Origin: a virus
Length of the DNA stretch: 64,000 nt
IMG/VR virus record: IMGVR_UViG_3300029206_000002
Reading direction: 5' to 3' (one strand)
Part shown: in pieces, positions 21,650 through 31,414 of the stretch
How the letters are laid out: each line of letters opens with the position of its first letter
Numbering within the stretch: the first letter of the stretch is position 1
The notes under the pieces: model-generated
Database searches by the model: none
What the model saw: the letters and a program-made list of their open reading frames with translations, nothing else
Told to the model about the DNA's origin: nothing
Position numbers and translations under genes: made by a program

Positions 21650-23795
21650 CCTTTCTTGATTCCGTGGTTGATTCCACCTATGGAGTAAGTTAATACTAAG
21701 TTAATTTAAAAAGTAAGCTATAGAGTTCTTTTATCTAAGTGGAATAGCATCTAATATCTATTCGTTTATTAAAAACTTAAAAACCACTTCTTGTATTCAA
21801 ACAGTAAAACTCTATAACGAAATTCTGCTAAGATTTGATAAGTAATCTGAAAAACTATAAGATAAGCTTTCGTATTATTAACATTACTACTAGAACGTGA
21901 TGTTATTACTTCACTCGGCATTCCCCGTAGGACTTTACTCATGAGACAGATGAGTCAGCCGTTCTTCATAAAATTATCAATACTAAACTATGAAAAGATA
22001 TGTAATTCGACATCTGAAAATCGAATGCTATGCTAGTTAATACCTAAAAAGGTACAACGGGACTCCAACGGTAGGAGATTTATACCCATCAAATAACATT
22101 ATAACTGAAATTATCTGAAAATCGAATGCTATGCTAGTTTCTGATTGTTTAAAGAGCCTAACAGTAACTATAACGTGCTCTTTTTCCTGTTATAGTAAGG
22201 AGTACTGTATATGGTTCATAACCTACAACTGTTACTTCACTATCGGTAATACTTCTACCGAATTTTATTTTGAGCTGTTTATGTTTCAAAACACCCACTC
22301 TATAGCCTAATAGTTTATTCTAAGGCTGCGTGTACTTACGACTTTGTTCTTATTCTGCACATAACTTTAGGATTTCCACCTATCATCCTTTAATGTAAGG
22401 AATCAGCGTCACTTTACATATATTGTTGCGCAATATACTTTAAATGTTTCAAATGTCAGCAATTATATTGTACAGTCGAGGGTGGCTCGGATTTACTTTC
22501 GTCTTCTTATCACTACTCGTCCTAAAACCTACCATTGAACTTCCTCATTAGTTAAATTAAACATGTTTATTCTCTCGTGAATAGAGACTTCCTAAATAGA
22601 TTTACATTCTGTCACTTCCCGTTAAGACTACTATTTAGTGCAATGCACAGATTTTTCTCCGGTCTGCTTCGTGTCCGTCTCTTAATGTGTCTGCTTCTCT
22701 TCAACCTAGGAGTAGGGCGATGCTCACTTTCACATATACTCTTAAGGATAGAGTATCGCACCTTGTGCAAATTTGATAAAACTCCAGTTATGCTTCTGGA
22801 TAAAATTATTTAGTACTTCTAAGCTTTATGTCTTCCGCTTAGTATTGAAATAGTGTTATTGCGCACTTCATCCGCTAGTTATCTTTATGTTCCTGTTGCA
22901 AAGCACTCTAGGTTTATACTCAGATAAGATAACAACTGAGTTTATTATAATACTACTTGAATTCACATACTCCTTATTTCCTAAAGAGGTCCGTTGCAGG
23001 ATTCCTTATTTATTAATATCGGATCATTGCTACTCAGCCAATAGGCACACAATCTACTACTCACTTTGTCACTCTATCCCTCTATACTGGAGTGTATAGT
23101 AATACAAGCTTAGGATTAGCTATGTACTGATTAACATAACATTGTGCATAGGCTTTACGCCTAATCCAGGTAATCTATCAATATTTTTTCAATAAGTAGT
23201 GCTATAATATTATAATTAAGTACCTTCATATATACTATCTCTAAACTTATTAAGTTACAATATAACTGTTTAGATAAGTATAGAACACTATACTGACATT
23301 TTTATATAGTCTATGCTATAAAGGGGAGTTTGGAGCTACCCTAGAGCGTTATATGCTCGATAATGTTCAGCACGTAGTCTTGGACACTACGATTTGTTGG
23401 GCATCATCGTGTTTATTACTCCTTCTTGATTCAAACTATGATAAGTCTGCGAGTAACTTAAGAGGATTTCGTTCCCCTTGTACTGTTTAATTTTGTAGAC
23501 TGCTCTCTACTAATTGCGTCTTCTGTTTCTGTCTCCAGTCGGTTCTCACCAAAAACAAGAGGGTTGTACACGCTCTCCCTCTATCTTATTGCCTCTTCAG
23601 TTTATAGATAGTATATAAACACAATAAGTTATTATACTTTCAGTAATAGCCTATAGTTGTAGCTATACTCTATTCCTACTAATATTCTGTACTATCTTAA
23701 TTTTAAGAAAGCAATCTAACCATTTACTTTCTAATCCTTTGATTTAGATATCTCTGGATATACACCATTATAGCTCTATAATCGCATTGGCTGTT
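21650..23795. other. 2.1-kb ORF-free region with shifted base composition (candidate structured RNA/origin region)
   Basis: Standard translation gives no ORF above 80 aa on either strand. The plus strand is pyrimidine-rich here, unlike the flanks, and the region contains long direct repeats. Confidence 0.4.
22012..22139. repeat. 27-nt perfect direct repeat ATCTGAAAATCGAATGCTATGCTAGTT x2
   Basis: Copies at 22012-22038 and 22113-22139, 101 nt apart. Confidence 0.7.
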
Positions 23796-24194
23796 CTAGT
23801 TGCGACTCAGATTTATCTTCTCTGATTGTTGTTGTTTCAGTCTTTGGAGAATATCCGTACAAGTGGTTTTATTCTCTTTAACTGATGGCAGTTCTCTTAC
23901 CTTAATGTATTTAGGTACTTCCTTCTCTACAACAGAAGTTAGATAGATGATACTGTCTTTCTTTTTGATTTCAACATTGATATTTTGTTCTGGGTTGCTT
24001 TGTCCATTTAATTTTATAGCGTTATTGTTCAAATTAATATCAATATTAAAGTCTTTTGTCCGAGGTACATCTGTGAACTTCGGAATCACATACTCGTGTG
24101 CGGTGGCGGTATTTGTATAGTTAGTTACAAATCCTACATATCCACCGAAAGCTAGCATTGCTAGCGTAAACAAAACTGTTGGTTTTTTACTCAT
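23796..24194 (-). CDS. hypothetical secreted/membrane-anchored protein (terminates with TAG)
   Basis: N-terminal hydrophobic segment MSKKPTVLFTLAMLAFGGYVGFV; stop codon is TAG. Confidence 0.5.
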   Translation of the reverse strand: MSKKPTVLFTLAMLAFGGYVGFVTNYTNTATAHEYVIPKFTDVPRTKDFNIDINLNNNAIKLNGQSNPEQNINVEIKKKDSIIYLTSVVEKEVPKYIKVRELPSVKENKTTCTDILQRLKQQQSEKINLSRN

Positions 24195-24213
24195 TTTGAT
24201 AATGCGTTAGTTG

Positions 24214-25929
24214 TTACTTTTTAGTAGCATACGCAGATTTCTCAATATAGAAAGTAAGAGGATTCAAAGAGGTTGATGTGTACAAGCTAGATACTTTCTG
24301 CATTACTTGTTTCAACATCTTGTCATTCATTTCTGCTCCATAAGCAATCCGCAGATTGTTTACAGTCTTTATTGCTGAAATGTGTTTACCTTTAAGATTC
24401 AGACCCTTGATTTCTGGATATACAAGTTTGTCTTCATCTTTACCTTCGTTATTAGCAGAAGTAATAATACGATTGATCAGATCGTCATTAGTTCCACTAA
24501 TTAATTGAGAATACCGTTTTGCTTCTTCTTCGTAGTTATTGTTTTTTGCAGTTTCATCAGCAATCTTCTTAGCTAAGAATACTTTCACAACATTAGCAAC
24601 TTGCGCATCGTTGTATGTTGTTAATTGATTCTTAAGCCAAGCATGAGATGCTAAAACTGACAAATTACCAGTTAAATTACCCCAAATAGCATTCGCACAA
24701 CCTTCAAGCAATGTAGCGTTTCGTCCTGCTTCCTTCATCTTAAGTAATACAGTTGCTAATACTTGTGCTGGTTCTGCATCTTTGTCAAGTTTATAGGCTT
24801 CCCGTGCAAATTCAATCATATTTGCTACGTTCTTACCTATACCTCCTGACTTCTGCTTGTGTCGCATGTTCATAATAGTACACATTGCTGCTACTTTCTG
24901 TTCATCTGTGACACATTCTTCAGGTTTTGGCATTTCCTGAGTCTGCGGAACTTTAGCATCTTGTTCTAAAGCTTTTTGCATTTCAGGATTTGTCTTTGCG
25001 ACAGCATCTTTGAAGTTAATCTCGAGCTGTCCATCAGATGTTTTGCTAGGAAGCAAATTAACACCGAGGAACAAAGAAGCTGTTTCATTCAAATATGCAA
25101 ACATTTCTTCGTTCACAGTAAAACCTTGTTCTTTTGCATCATTCTTGAACTGGTCATTCCATTTCTGAATTAATACAAACATCATAAGGTCTGCCTGTTT
25201 TCCTGTTGCTTGATACATTGCCCGATCATCTTTAATCTCTTCACGGCGTTTCAGAATTGCGTTCATCAAATCTACTGAGTGATTTGCATCAATTCTGTCA
25301 CTGTTCTGAGTTACAATGTTGGGCGCAGGAGCTGCGGCTGTTTTAATAGTAGGAGTATTGTTGATGTCAATTTCTTCAGCTTCTACTTCTTCTATCTTCT
25401 CCTTCTTCGACTTCTGCTGTTTAGGTTTCTTTTCAGTAGATGCGGGTTTAGGATCTTCCTTCTTTGGTTCTTCAACTGGTTTAGTTTCAGGAACTTTAGC
25501 AGGAATAGGATTCTTAATTCCTTCCTTAATCCGTTTAACGTCAATTCCGTCTCCCTTCTTTACATTAGATACTGGGAAGAGGACACTAGTAGTTTCACTA
25601 GTTTCGTTGTTCTTCCACTCGGCTTTGATATTTTCAATGCCTTTACTGTCTTTCTCAATCTTAAGAGAAAGTAGACTCATATACGGTGATTTTGTGCACA
25701 ACATATGAGTTTCATATGCTGATTTACCCATTGGAGTCTGATAAACGCCGCCTTTCTTTCGTTCAGCTGGTTTCTCTTCAGGCTTCTTTTCTTCTGGTTT
25801 AGAATCTTCTACTTTTGTTGTTTCTACTTTAGCTGAAGCTTCTACTGCTTCTTTAGCTTTTTTCAAAGCTTCTAAGTTTCTTGCTGCTTTTGCACTTGGA
25901 GTCTTTCCACCTTTATTTCTTTTTGCCAT
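24214..25929 (-). CDS. hypothetical protein with Lys/Glu/Pro-rich low-complexity N-terminal region
   Basis: 571-aa ORF. Confidence 0.5.
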   Translation of the reverse strand: MAKRNKGGKTPSAKAARNLEALKKAKEAVEASAKVETTKVEDSKPEEKKPEEKPAERKKGGVYQTPMGKSAYETHMLCTKSPYMSLLSLKIEKDSKGIENIKAEWKNNETSETTSVLFPVSNVKKGDGIDVKRIKEGIKNPIPAKVPETKPVEEPKKEDPKPASTEKKPKQQKSKKEKIEEVEAEEIDINNTPTIKTAAAPAPNIVTQNSDRIDANHSVDLMNAILKRREEIKDDRAMYQATGKQADLMMFVLIQKWNDQFKNDAKEQGFTVNEEMFAYLNETASLFLGVNLLPSKTSDGQLEINFKDAVAKTNPEMQKALEQDAKVPQTQEMPKPEECVTDEQKVAAMCTIMNMRHKQKSGGIGKNVANMIEFAREAYKLDKDAEPAQVLATVLLKMKEAGRNATLLEGCANAIWGNLTGNLSVLASHAWLKNQLTTYNDAQVANVVKVFLAKKIADETAKNNNYEEEAKRYSQLISGTNDDLINRIITSANNEGKDEDKLVYPEIKGLNLKGKHISAIKTVNNLRIAYGAEMNDKMLKQVMQKVSSLYTSTSLNPLTFYIEKSAYATKK

Positions 25930-25997
25930 ATTGATTATGTTTTAAATAAATTAATAACTTAACAATTAATACACTCAAATTATGAAATTAAGTGCAG

Positions 25998-26348
25998 TCA
26001 ACTGTCATCTTCTATCTCTGCATTGTTAGGCATGGTAGGTATATCTTCTCTATCGGTTGTTACTAACGTCTCACCTCCGTCTTCCTGACCCATTTCATAA
26101 GATTGGTTATCTACTGTCCCTACAAAAGCAGTAGAACCTTGAGATGTGGGATTAGGAGCCATAGTAACAACTAACTCTTGAGAAGGAGTATCTGAGGTAT
26201 TTGCAACTACCTTTTTTACTCCAGTACCTACAACAAAGCCTAGTAAAAGTACGCATACTAAGAATACGTACAAACTAGCACTTTTACACATTCTAGAAAT
26301 GATAAAAGATGCTAATGCTCCTAAAAGGAGTAAACAAAAACTAGTCAT
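25998..26348 (-). CDS. hypothetical membrane protein
   Basis: Two hydrophobic helices. Confidence 0.45.
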   Translation of the reverse strand: MTSFCLLLLGALASFIISRMCKSASLYVFLVCVLLLGFVVGTGVKKVVANTSDTPSQELVVTMAPNPTSQGSTAFVGTVDNQSYEMGQEDGGETLVTTDREDIPTMPNNAEIEDDS

Positions 26349-26365
26349 ATTGTTGAAAGTATTTG

Positions 26366-26911
26366 TTAATAATCTGTTTTCTGTTTAAGTTTTTGTCTTG
26401 CTTTGTTTAAATCACCTTTTACAGCTAATTCATTCATTGCAAGCTTACTGGCTATCTCTTTATAAGACATACCATCTATACGAGCATTAATTAAATCTCT
26501 ATATTTCTTCTTAAGAGTAGGTATAGCTTGTAAGACTATATCTAATTTTTCCTTTAGAATTAAATCTTCTTCAGGACTTCTCTCTAAAGCAGATAGTTGA
26601 ATTGGATTTTCATCCTCATCAACATAGTTATTTAATTGCTCTTTTTTGTTTCTACGTATATAGTCTATTGATGCATTAACAGCAATAGTCTTTAACCACA
26701 TATTAAATGAAATATGTTGAGTATACATAGATAATTTCTCATAAGCTTTAGTAAATACTACTGATGTTAAATCATCAGCAACATCTGTATTCTTAACTAC
26801 ACCCATAATAGTGTACCAAATATCAGTTTTATACTTATAGTATAACTTACTAAATGCTTTTTGAGAACCTTGTTTAGCTTGCTCCACTAGATCTATTATT
26901 TCTTGTGTCAT
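26366..26911 (-). CDS. RNA polymerase sigma factor, ECF/sigma-70 family
   Basis: Region-2-like AFSKLYYKYKTDIWYTIMGVV...FTKAYEKL and region-4 HTH GMSYKEIASKLAMNELAVKGDLNKARQKLK. Confidence 0.6.
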   Translation of the reverse strand: MTQEIIDLVEQAKQGSQKAFSKLYYKYKTDIWYTIMGVVKNTDVADDLTSVVFTKAYEKLSMYTQHISFNMWLKTIAVNASIDYIRRNKKEQLNNYVDEDENPIQLSALERSPEEDLILKEKLDIVLQAIPTLKKKYRDLINARIDGMSYKEIASKLAMNELAVKGDLNKARQKLKQKTDY

Positions 26912-26963
26912 ATAGCTAAATTTTAGTGGATTGTAGTTAACCCAATAACTACAATCCTTAAAT

Positions 26964-27410
26964 TCAGAAGGGAAGTTTTATAATTTCTTTGCAATAATAA
27001 TTATTTACTGCTAGACATCTTTTATAGAATACATCTGAGATATGTTCTCTCCATTCTTCTTTCTCTTCTTCATTGAGAGGATATGCCATTTTCAATGACA
27101 TATTAATAGCAATCCTTACTCTTACTAATCTTGTTTGAAGACTTAATATTTTATCTTCTAATAGATTATTAAGAATATCCATCCATAGTCTTCTATTTAT
27201 CCACTTATTGATACTTAGACAAGTGTTACTAGTAACTATCTTAGATTTTAAATCAGGTGGTATATTTGCCCAATCATCTAATACACTATCTGCATATCCT
27301 AATACTTTAGTATCAAAATTAGCAGAAGATACAATCTTGTCTAAAGTAAACCTATAAGGTTCCTCTAATTCAGCATTGAGTGCTTCAATAAGTCTCTTAA
27401 AATCGCTCAT
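26964..27410 (-). CDS. hypothetical protein
   Basis: 148-aa ORF. Confidence 0.45.
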   Translation of the reverse strand: MSDFKRLIEALNAELEEPYRFTLDKIVSSANFDTKVLGYADSVLDDWANIPPDLKSKIVTSNTCLSINKWINRRLWMDILNNLLEDKILSLQTRLVRVRIAINMSLKMAYPLNEEEKEEWREHISDVFYKRCLAVNNYYCKEIIKLPF

Positions 27411-27868
27411 TATGGTTCTCTGTTAAGTGCTTTACAAATTACAGTAAATACATAGTTAGCTTGAGACATTTTCAGGCTGTATTTCTTCTTTAAATGCAGT
27501 CTAGTTCTTACTTTGGCTTGTTCTATACCATATAATGGTAAAGTTGACTTATAATAGGCAATACCTTCTTCGATGATTTTATCTTTTCTAGAATCTTCTC
27601 CTAAGCCCTCTAGAGTTTGTAAATCACCAATACCTACATTATCAACTACTTCAGTAATAGATGGTAATGCGAATGTATACTTTTCAGGATACATCATAAT
27701 ATCTACTACTTCAGGACTGTCTTTAGTAAGATCTTTAGCTTTACCATTCTGTTTAAAGTAATTAAGATCAATTGCACCTACTACTTCTAATAATGGTTCT
27801 ACTCCGCTTAAAAGGAGTAATACATTAGTTTCTGGACCTTGTGCGATCCACATACCTGCTTTTAACAT
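27410..27868 (-). CDS. hypothetical protein
   Basis: 152-aa ORF. Confidence 0.45.
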   Translation of the reverse strand: MLKAGMWIAQGPETNVLLLLSGVEPLLEVVGAIDLNYFKQNGKAKDLTKDSPEVVDIMMYPEKYTFALPSITEVVDNVGIGDLQTLEGLGEDSRKDKIIEEGIAYYKSTLPLYGIEQAKVRTRLHLKKKYSLKMSQANYVFTVICKALNREP

Positions 27869-28065
27869 AATCCTTTTGTTTTAAGTATTTTGATAAATTC
27901 GTTTTTGAATCTTTTTACTACAACTGCTGCATCCATTGGACTAATGTTGAATTCAGAGGCTACTTTTTTTCTAAATTCCATTTCTCCACTGCATTGCTGC
28001 ATTACTTCTTGTAGTCTTTCTCGCTCTCCTGGTTCAGTCCAGCGAACATATTGAACAATTTCCAT
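27862..28065 (-). CDS. hypothetical small protein
   Basis: 67-aa ORF. Confidence 0.35.
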   Translation of the reverse strand: MEIVQYVRWTEPGERERLQEVMQQCSGEMEFRKKVASEFNISPMDAAVVVKRFKNEFIKILKTKGLC

Positions 28066-28066
28066 G

Positions 28067-28396
28067 TTAATTCATTTGATGTTCAAGATCTTTAATTTTA
28101 TTATAGACGCCTACCCAATATATCAAGCCTTCTTTACTCTTTTCAGCTTGAAACATTTCATAGATTTTGCATCTATTGTATCCGACTGTAATGTTATGTA
28201 CACCACGTCGCCAACCTCTACCTCCCTTCATTACTGATGGAGTTGATTCATATACATACTCAATGAACGCAGTAAGTTTACGTTCTCTTGTAAGAACAAT
28301 TTCCCAAGTCTTGGGCAATTTATTCCTAATAAAACCTCTTAAGCCTTTTTTATTCATGTTTATATTTAAATATTTTTGAATTATTTCCAAATTCAA
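28067..28396 (-). CDS. hypothetical protein
   Basis: 109-aa ORF. Confidence 0.4.
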   Translation of the reverse strand: MNLEIIQKYLNINMNKKGLRGFIRNKLPKTWEIVLTRERKLTAFIEYVYESTPSVMKGGRGWRRGVHNITVGYNRCKIYEMFQAEKSKEGLIYWVGVYNKIKDLEHQMN

Positions 28397-28691
28397 ATCT
28401 AATTGTATAGATCATATTTTTAATAGTTGCTTCATGAAGTGTTATTCTGATTTTACTCATAAAGCGATCAAGATAATACCTAGTATTAATATACCATGCA
28501 ACTATCTCATAATAGTCTCTTTCATCATTAACACTAATACTCGCTTTTGCATAATAATCATGTGTACTACATGCTAATATATCTTCACTTATTGCTAGTA
28601 ATCTATAAAGCTTTTTTTGTATAAAGTCTAAGATTTCTGCTTGAGTATTGAATCCTTTTTCTTTACTCTTTTTATGCCGACCACGATTCAT
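28350..28691 (-). CDS. hypothetical protein
   Basis: 113-aa ORF. Confidence 0.4.
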   Translation of the reverse strand: MNRGRHKKSKEKGFNTQAEILDFIQKKLYRLLAISEDILACSTHDYYAKASISVNDERDYYEIVAWYINTRYYLDRFMSKIRITLHEATIKNMIYTIRFEFGNNSKIFKYKHE

Positions 28692-28875
28692 AAGTAGTTT
28701 CTTTAATTGAAGATCTAAGTCTTTCTATAGCTGCCAACAGTGTATCTATTCTTATTACTACTTCTGTGTCTCTAACAAAATGTTTAATATGTTTCAGATT
28801 AGTAATCATACCAGCTAAAAGCATAAGAGATAGGTTTCTTCTACTTGCCTTTAATTGATTTAAAGTCTTTTTCAT
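28672..28875 (-). CDS. hypothetical small protein
   Basis: 67-aa ORF whose ATG overlaps the upstream TGA as ATGA. Confidence 0.4.
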   Translation of the reverse strand: MKKTLNQLKASRRNLSLMLLAGMITNLKHIKHFVRDTEVVIRIDTLLAAIERLRSSIKETTYESWSA

Positions 28876-29186
28876 CTACAAAATGTTTTTAAGTATTGTT
28901 CATAATATCTTTTTTCATTTATTGAAGCTAAAGCATCTAATTGATTATAATTCTTTTTAGTTAAAGTAAAATCATAATCTAATAATGCTTCTTTTAGACT
29001 GTAAAATACATTATAATCAAACAAATCTCTGTTGCTTATTTTGATTTGTTCAATGAGAGCTGTTTCAAATATAGCTAGTAATCTTAGAATATATTTATTA
29101 TTCTTTTTGACTGCTAGTCATAAACCTTTATCTCCTTTATTATAATCTAAAGGAATAATTGATACCTTGTTATAATCTATTCTCAT
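28872..29186 (-). pseudogene. 104-codon gene with one in-frame TGA (codon 23): readthrough/recoded gene or nonsense-disrupted gene
   Basis: ATG at 29186-29184 overlaps the upstream stop as ATGA. The same frame is open to TGA at 28874-28872, which overlaps the next ATG as ATGA. The only interruption is TGA at 29120-29118. Absent from the ORF track. Confidence 0.45.
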
Positions 29187-29734
29187 ACTCTAAAGTTTGT
29201 TTTATAATACTTTTTAATAATTCTTATAGCTTCATCAAATTCTTCTTTATTATCAAAAACATTACAAAAGGTGTAGCCATTCTTGTTTAAGAATATAGGA
29301 TGAAAATAAGCTACAAAGAATGTTTTAAATAATCTACTCTTTTTAATAGGAATTAAATTATCTAAAGTAATATCACTAGTTATACTTACTGTCCAAGCAA
29401 TATTTAGTTCAGGATCTATTTTATAGATTACTCCATAGTGTGCACTTGGACCTATTTTCGCTCTAATGATGTCATATTTTTGTAAAGGTATTTGATCTAT
29501 ACCTTGACCTAATATTTCTGTAGGTAAAACTATATTCTGTTTAGGAACACATGAAGATTGTTCAATTAAACTAGTAGATAAAGATGAACTAAATGCATCT
29601 ACTATACTTATTACATCTAATATTTTATTATCATCTGTATTTTTTAATTTAGAAGATGCTTTAGATCTTACAGAGTTTAAAAAGTTCTCTTTTTCTTCGA
29701 CAGATTTTTCTTTTAATAAATCTAATATGCTCAT
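29183..29734 (-). CDS. hypothetical protein
   Basis: 183-aa ORF. Confidence 0.5.
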   Translation of the reverse strand: MSILDLLKEKSVEEKENFLNSVRSKASSKLKNTDDNKILDVISIVDAFSSSLSTSLIEQSSCVPKQNIVLPTEILGQGIDQIPLQKYDIIRAKIGPSAHYGVIYKIDPELNIAWTVSITSDITLDNLIPIKKSRLFKTFFVAYFHPIFLNKNGYTFCNVFDNKEEFDEAIRIIKKYYKTNFRV

Positions 29735-29762
29735 ACTTTTTGTTTTTAATTTTGATAATTTG

Positions 29763-29836
29763 TAATACTAATAGGACTCGAACCTATAACTCAACCTTAT
29801 CAGTGTTGTGATGTTACCCGTTACATCCATAGTATT
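29763..29836 (-). tRNA. tRNA-Ile (anticodon GAU)
   Basis: Folded by hand: acceptor AATACTA/TAGTATT, D-arm GATG-taacgggtaa-CATC, anticodon arm CAACA-ctGATaa-GGTTG, T-arm ATAGG-TTCGAGT-CCTAT, discriminator A; 74 nt. Confidence 0.65.
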
Positions 29837-30056
29837 TCTTAACCAGCTTTTTACGACATTAGCTTAGCCGTTGACTTATCATATCACGCTGCAATATGAG
29901 TATAGTCTGTTACAAAAGATTTGTCATTTCTGACGTTATTGACCTATTCATTACTGTTTCTGCCAATCAATACATACATACCCCCTTGTTATTATTCTAT
30001 AGTGGAGGTAGAGTCGGCGAAGACTCGTCTTGCTCAGGCATATAATGACCTAACAG

Positions 30057-30443
30057 TCAATATACTTTTATTTCTATAGGATTATCTCCAAAACACATAT
30101 TTCTTTTATCAAATGGTACATAATGAGTATATAAGAATCCTGCATCATTAAATAGTTTAGCCGTACCTATTGGTACACTAATAGAATTATTATGTTTTGG
30201 ATCTATCCACCAACTTCTTTTTGTTGTTTCATGAACATATCTAACAGGTTTATTATAGAATAGATGTTCACCCCACATATCTGCTGCAATATAGCTCATG
30301 ATAAATAATTTTAAGTTGTAAATATAAAGAGTTTTGCACACCTCTGCGCCTTCATATCCTAGCAGACCGGATAACGCCTCAATTAGAGAGATATACATCA
30401 TACACGAGTTTTCATATATCATTGGGTTGATATAATAGTGCAA
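30057..30443 (-). CDS. hypothetical protein
   Basis: 128-aa ORF. Confidence 0.45.
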   Translation of the reverse strand: MHYYINPMIYENSCMMYISLIEALSGLLGYEGAEVCKTLYIYNLKLFIMSYIAADMWGEHLFYNKPVRYVHETTKRSWWIDPKHNNSISVPIGTAKLFNDAGFLYTHYVPFDKRNMCFGDNPIEIKVY

Positions 30444-30479
30444 TATACTCTTTTAGTAGTATAGAGAGTGATCAAACTC

Positions 30480-30965
30480 TCTATACTTGATATGTAATCC
30501 TAAAGTAATAGTATATACTGTTGATTATGAGCATAAAAGCATTAAATCTAGTATATAATAGCATAAAGCTGCTATTACTTTAGAATTTATAGTCTTTGAC
30601 AGAATACATATTATACCAAGTGCTCATCTAGCAAGCTAGAGACTCGATTGAAATATAGACATAAAAGTACTATATGTATATGTATTTTGATATACTTACT
30701 GTTTTTCGTCTATAAGACTATTCTTCAGGATTCTCCCCGAGAATCATTACCCTTGGAGCATAAAGCATACGGGGTGAAGAAACGATCTACTATAGCACAT
30801 GATCAGTAGGCATGTATTCCTATTATTAGCATAAAAGCATTAAATAGAACTGTCAATTCAGTTCGATCTACCCGAACTCCTTAATGCGACAATACGACTT
30901 ATATAGTTTGCGGTTAGACTTTTATTCTATTTTAGCATAAAAGCATTTAGAATACGGATGTTGAT
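30480..30965. repeat. intergenic region with 3 copies of TTAGCATAAAAGCATT(A/T)A and shorter AGCATAAAGC variants
   Basis: Copies at 30530-30547, 30828-30845 and 30933-30950; variants near 30561 and 30757. Confidence 0.55.
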
Positions 30966-31414
30966 TAAAGATAGATATTTTCGTATCTTGAACCAAAGAC
31001 TTCTTCTTTCGCTTTTGCGATAGCGTCATCTTTCTTGTCTGTAAGTTCTGAATACTTTTTGTCCCAAGCTTTGTAATCACCTGTAGATTCAAATTCAGCT
31101 TGAGCTTTCTTCAGTCCTTCAGAAAAGTCTTTCATAATGTTCTTGTGTTTTGATGCAAAACGTCCGTATCTTTCTGCTCTAGAAACAGCTTTTTCACAAT
31201 CCTGAATTCTACGTTTTACTTCACGAGATTCACGTTCAAGTTGTTCTTGTTGGATCTGTTTCTTTGCTTCAGTAACTGCTGATGCTTCAACTTTACCGTC
31301 TTTTTCTTCTTGTTTTTTCATACCAGCTTCAAAGTTGTAATTTTCATCAGTTGCTTTGTCACGTAACATTGCTACACCTAACATAATTGCAGTTAATTTC
31401 ATAAAATTCTTCAT
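30965..31414 (-). CDS. hypothetical secreted coiled-coil protein
   Basis: N-terminal signal-like MKNFMKLTAIMLGVAML followed by a charged helical region. Confidence 0.45.
   Translation of the reverse strand: MKNFMKLTAIMLGVAMLRDKATDENYNFEAGMKKQEEKDGKVEASAVTEAKKQIQQEQLERESREVKRRIQDCEKAVSRAERYGRFASKHKNIMKDFSEGLKKAQAEFESTGDYKAWDKKYSELTDKKDDAIAKAKEEVFGSRYENIYL

Noticed and set aside
21661-21690. Possible tRNA T-arm (GTGGTTGATTCCAC) upstream of gene 21064-21642
   Set aside because: The loop is 6 nt and no acceptor or anticodon arms form. It is more likely part of the 5' UTR containing the AGGAG ribosome-binding site.
25279-25708. Two overlapping plus-strand ORFs of about 130 aa
   Set aside because: They are antisense to the Lys/Glu-rich gene 24214-25929; the products are low-complexity mirror images.
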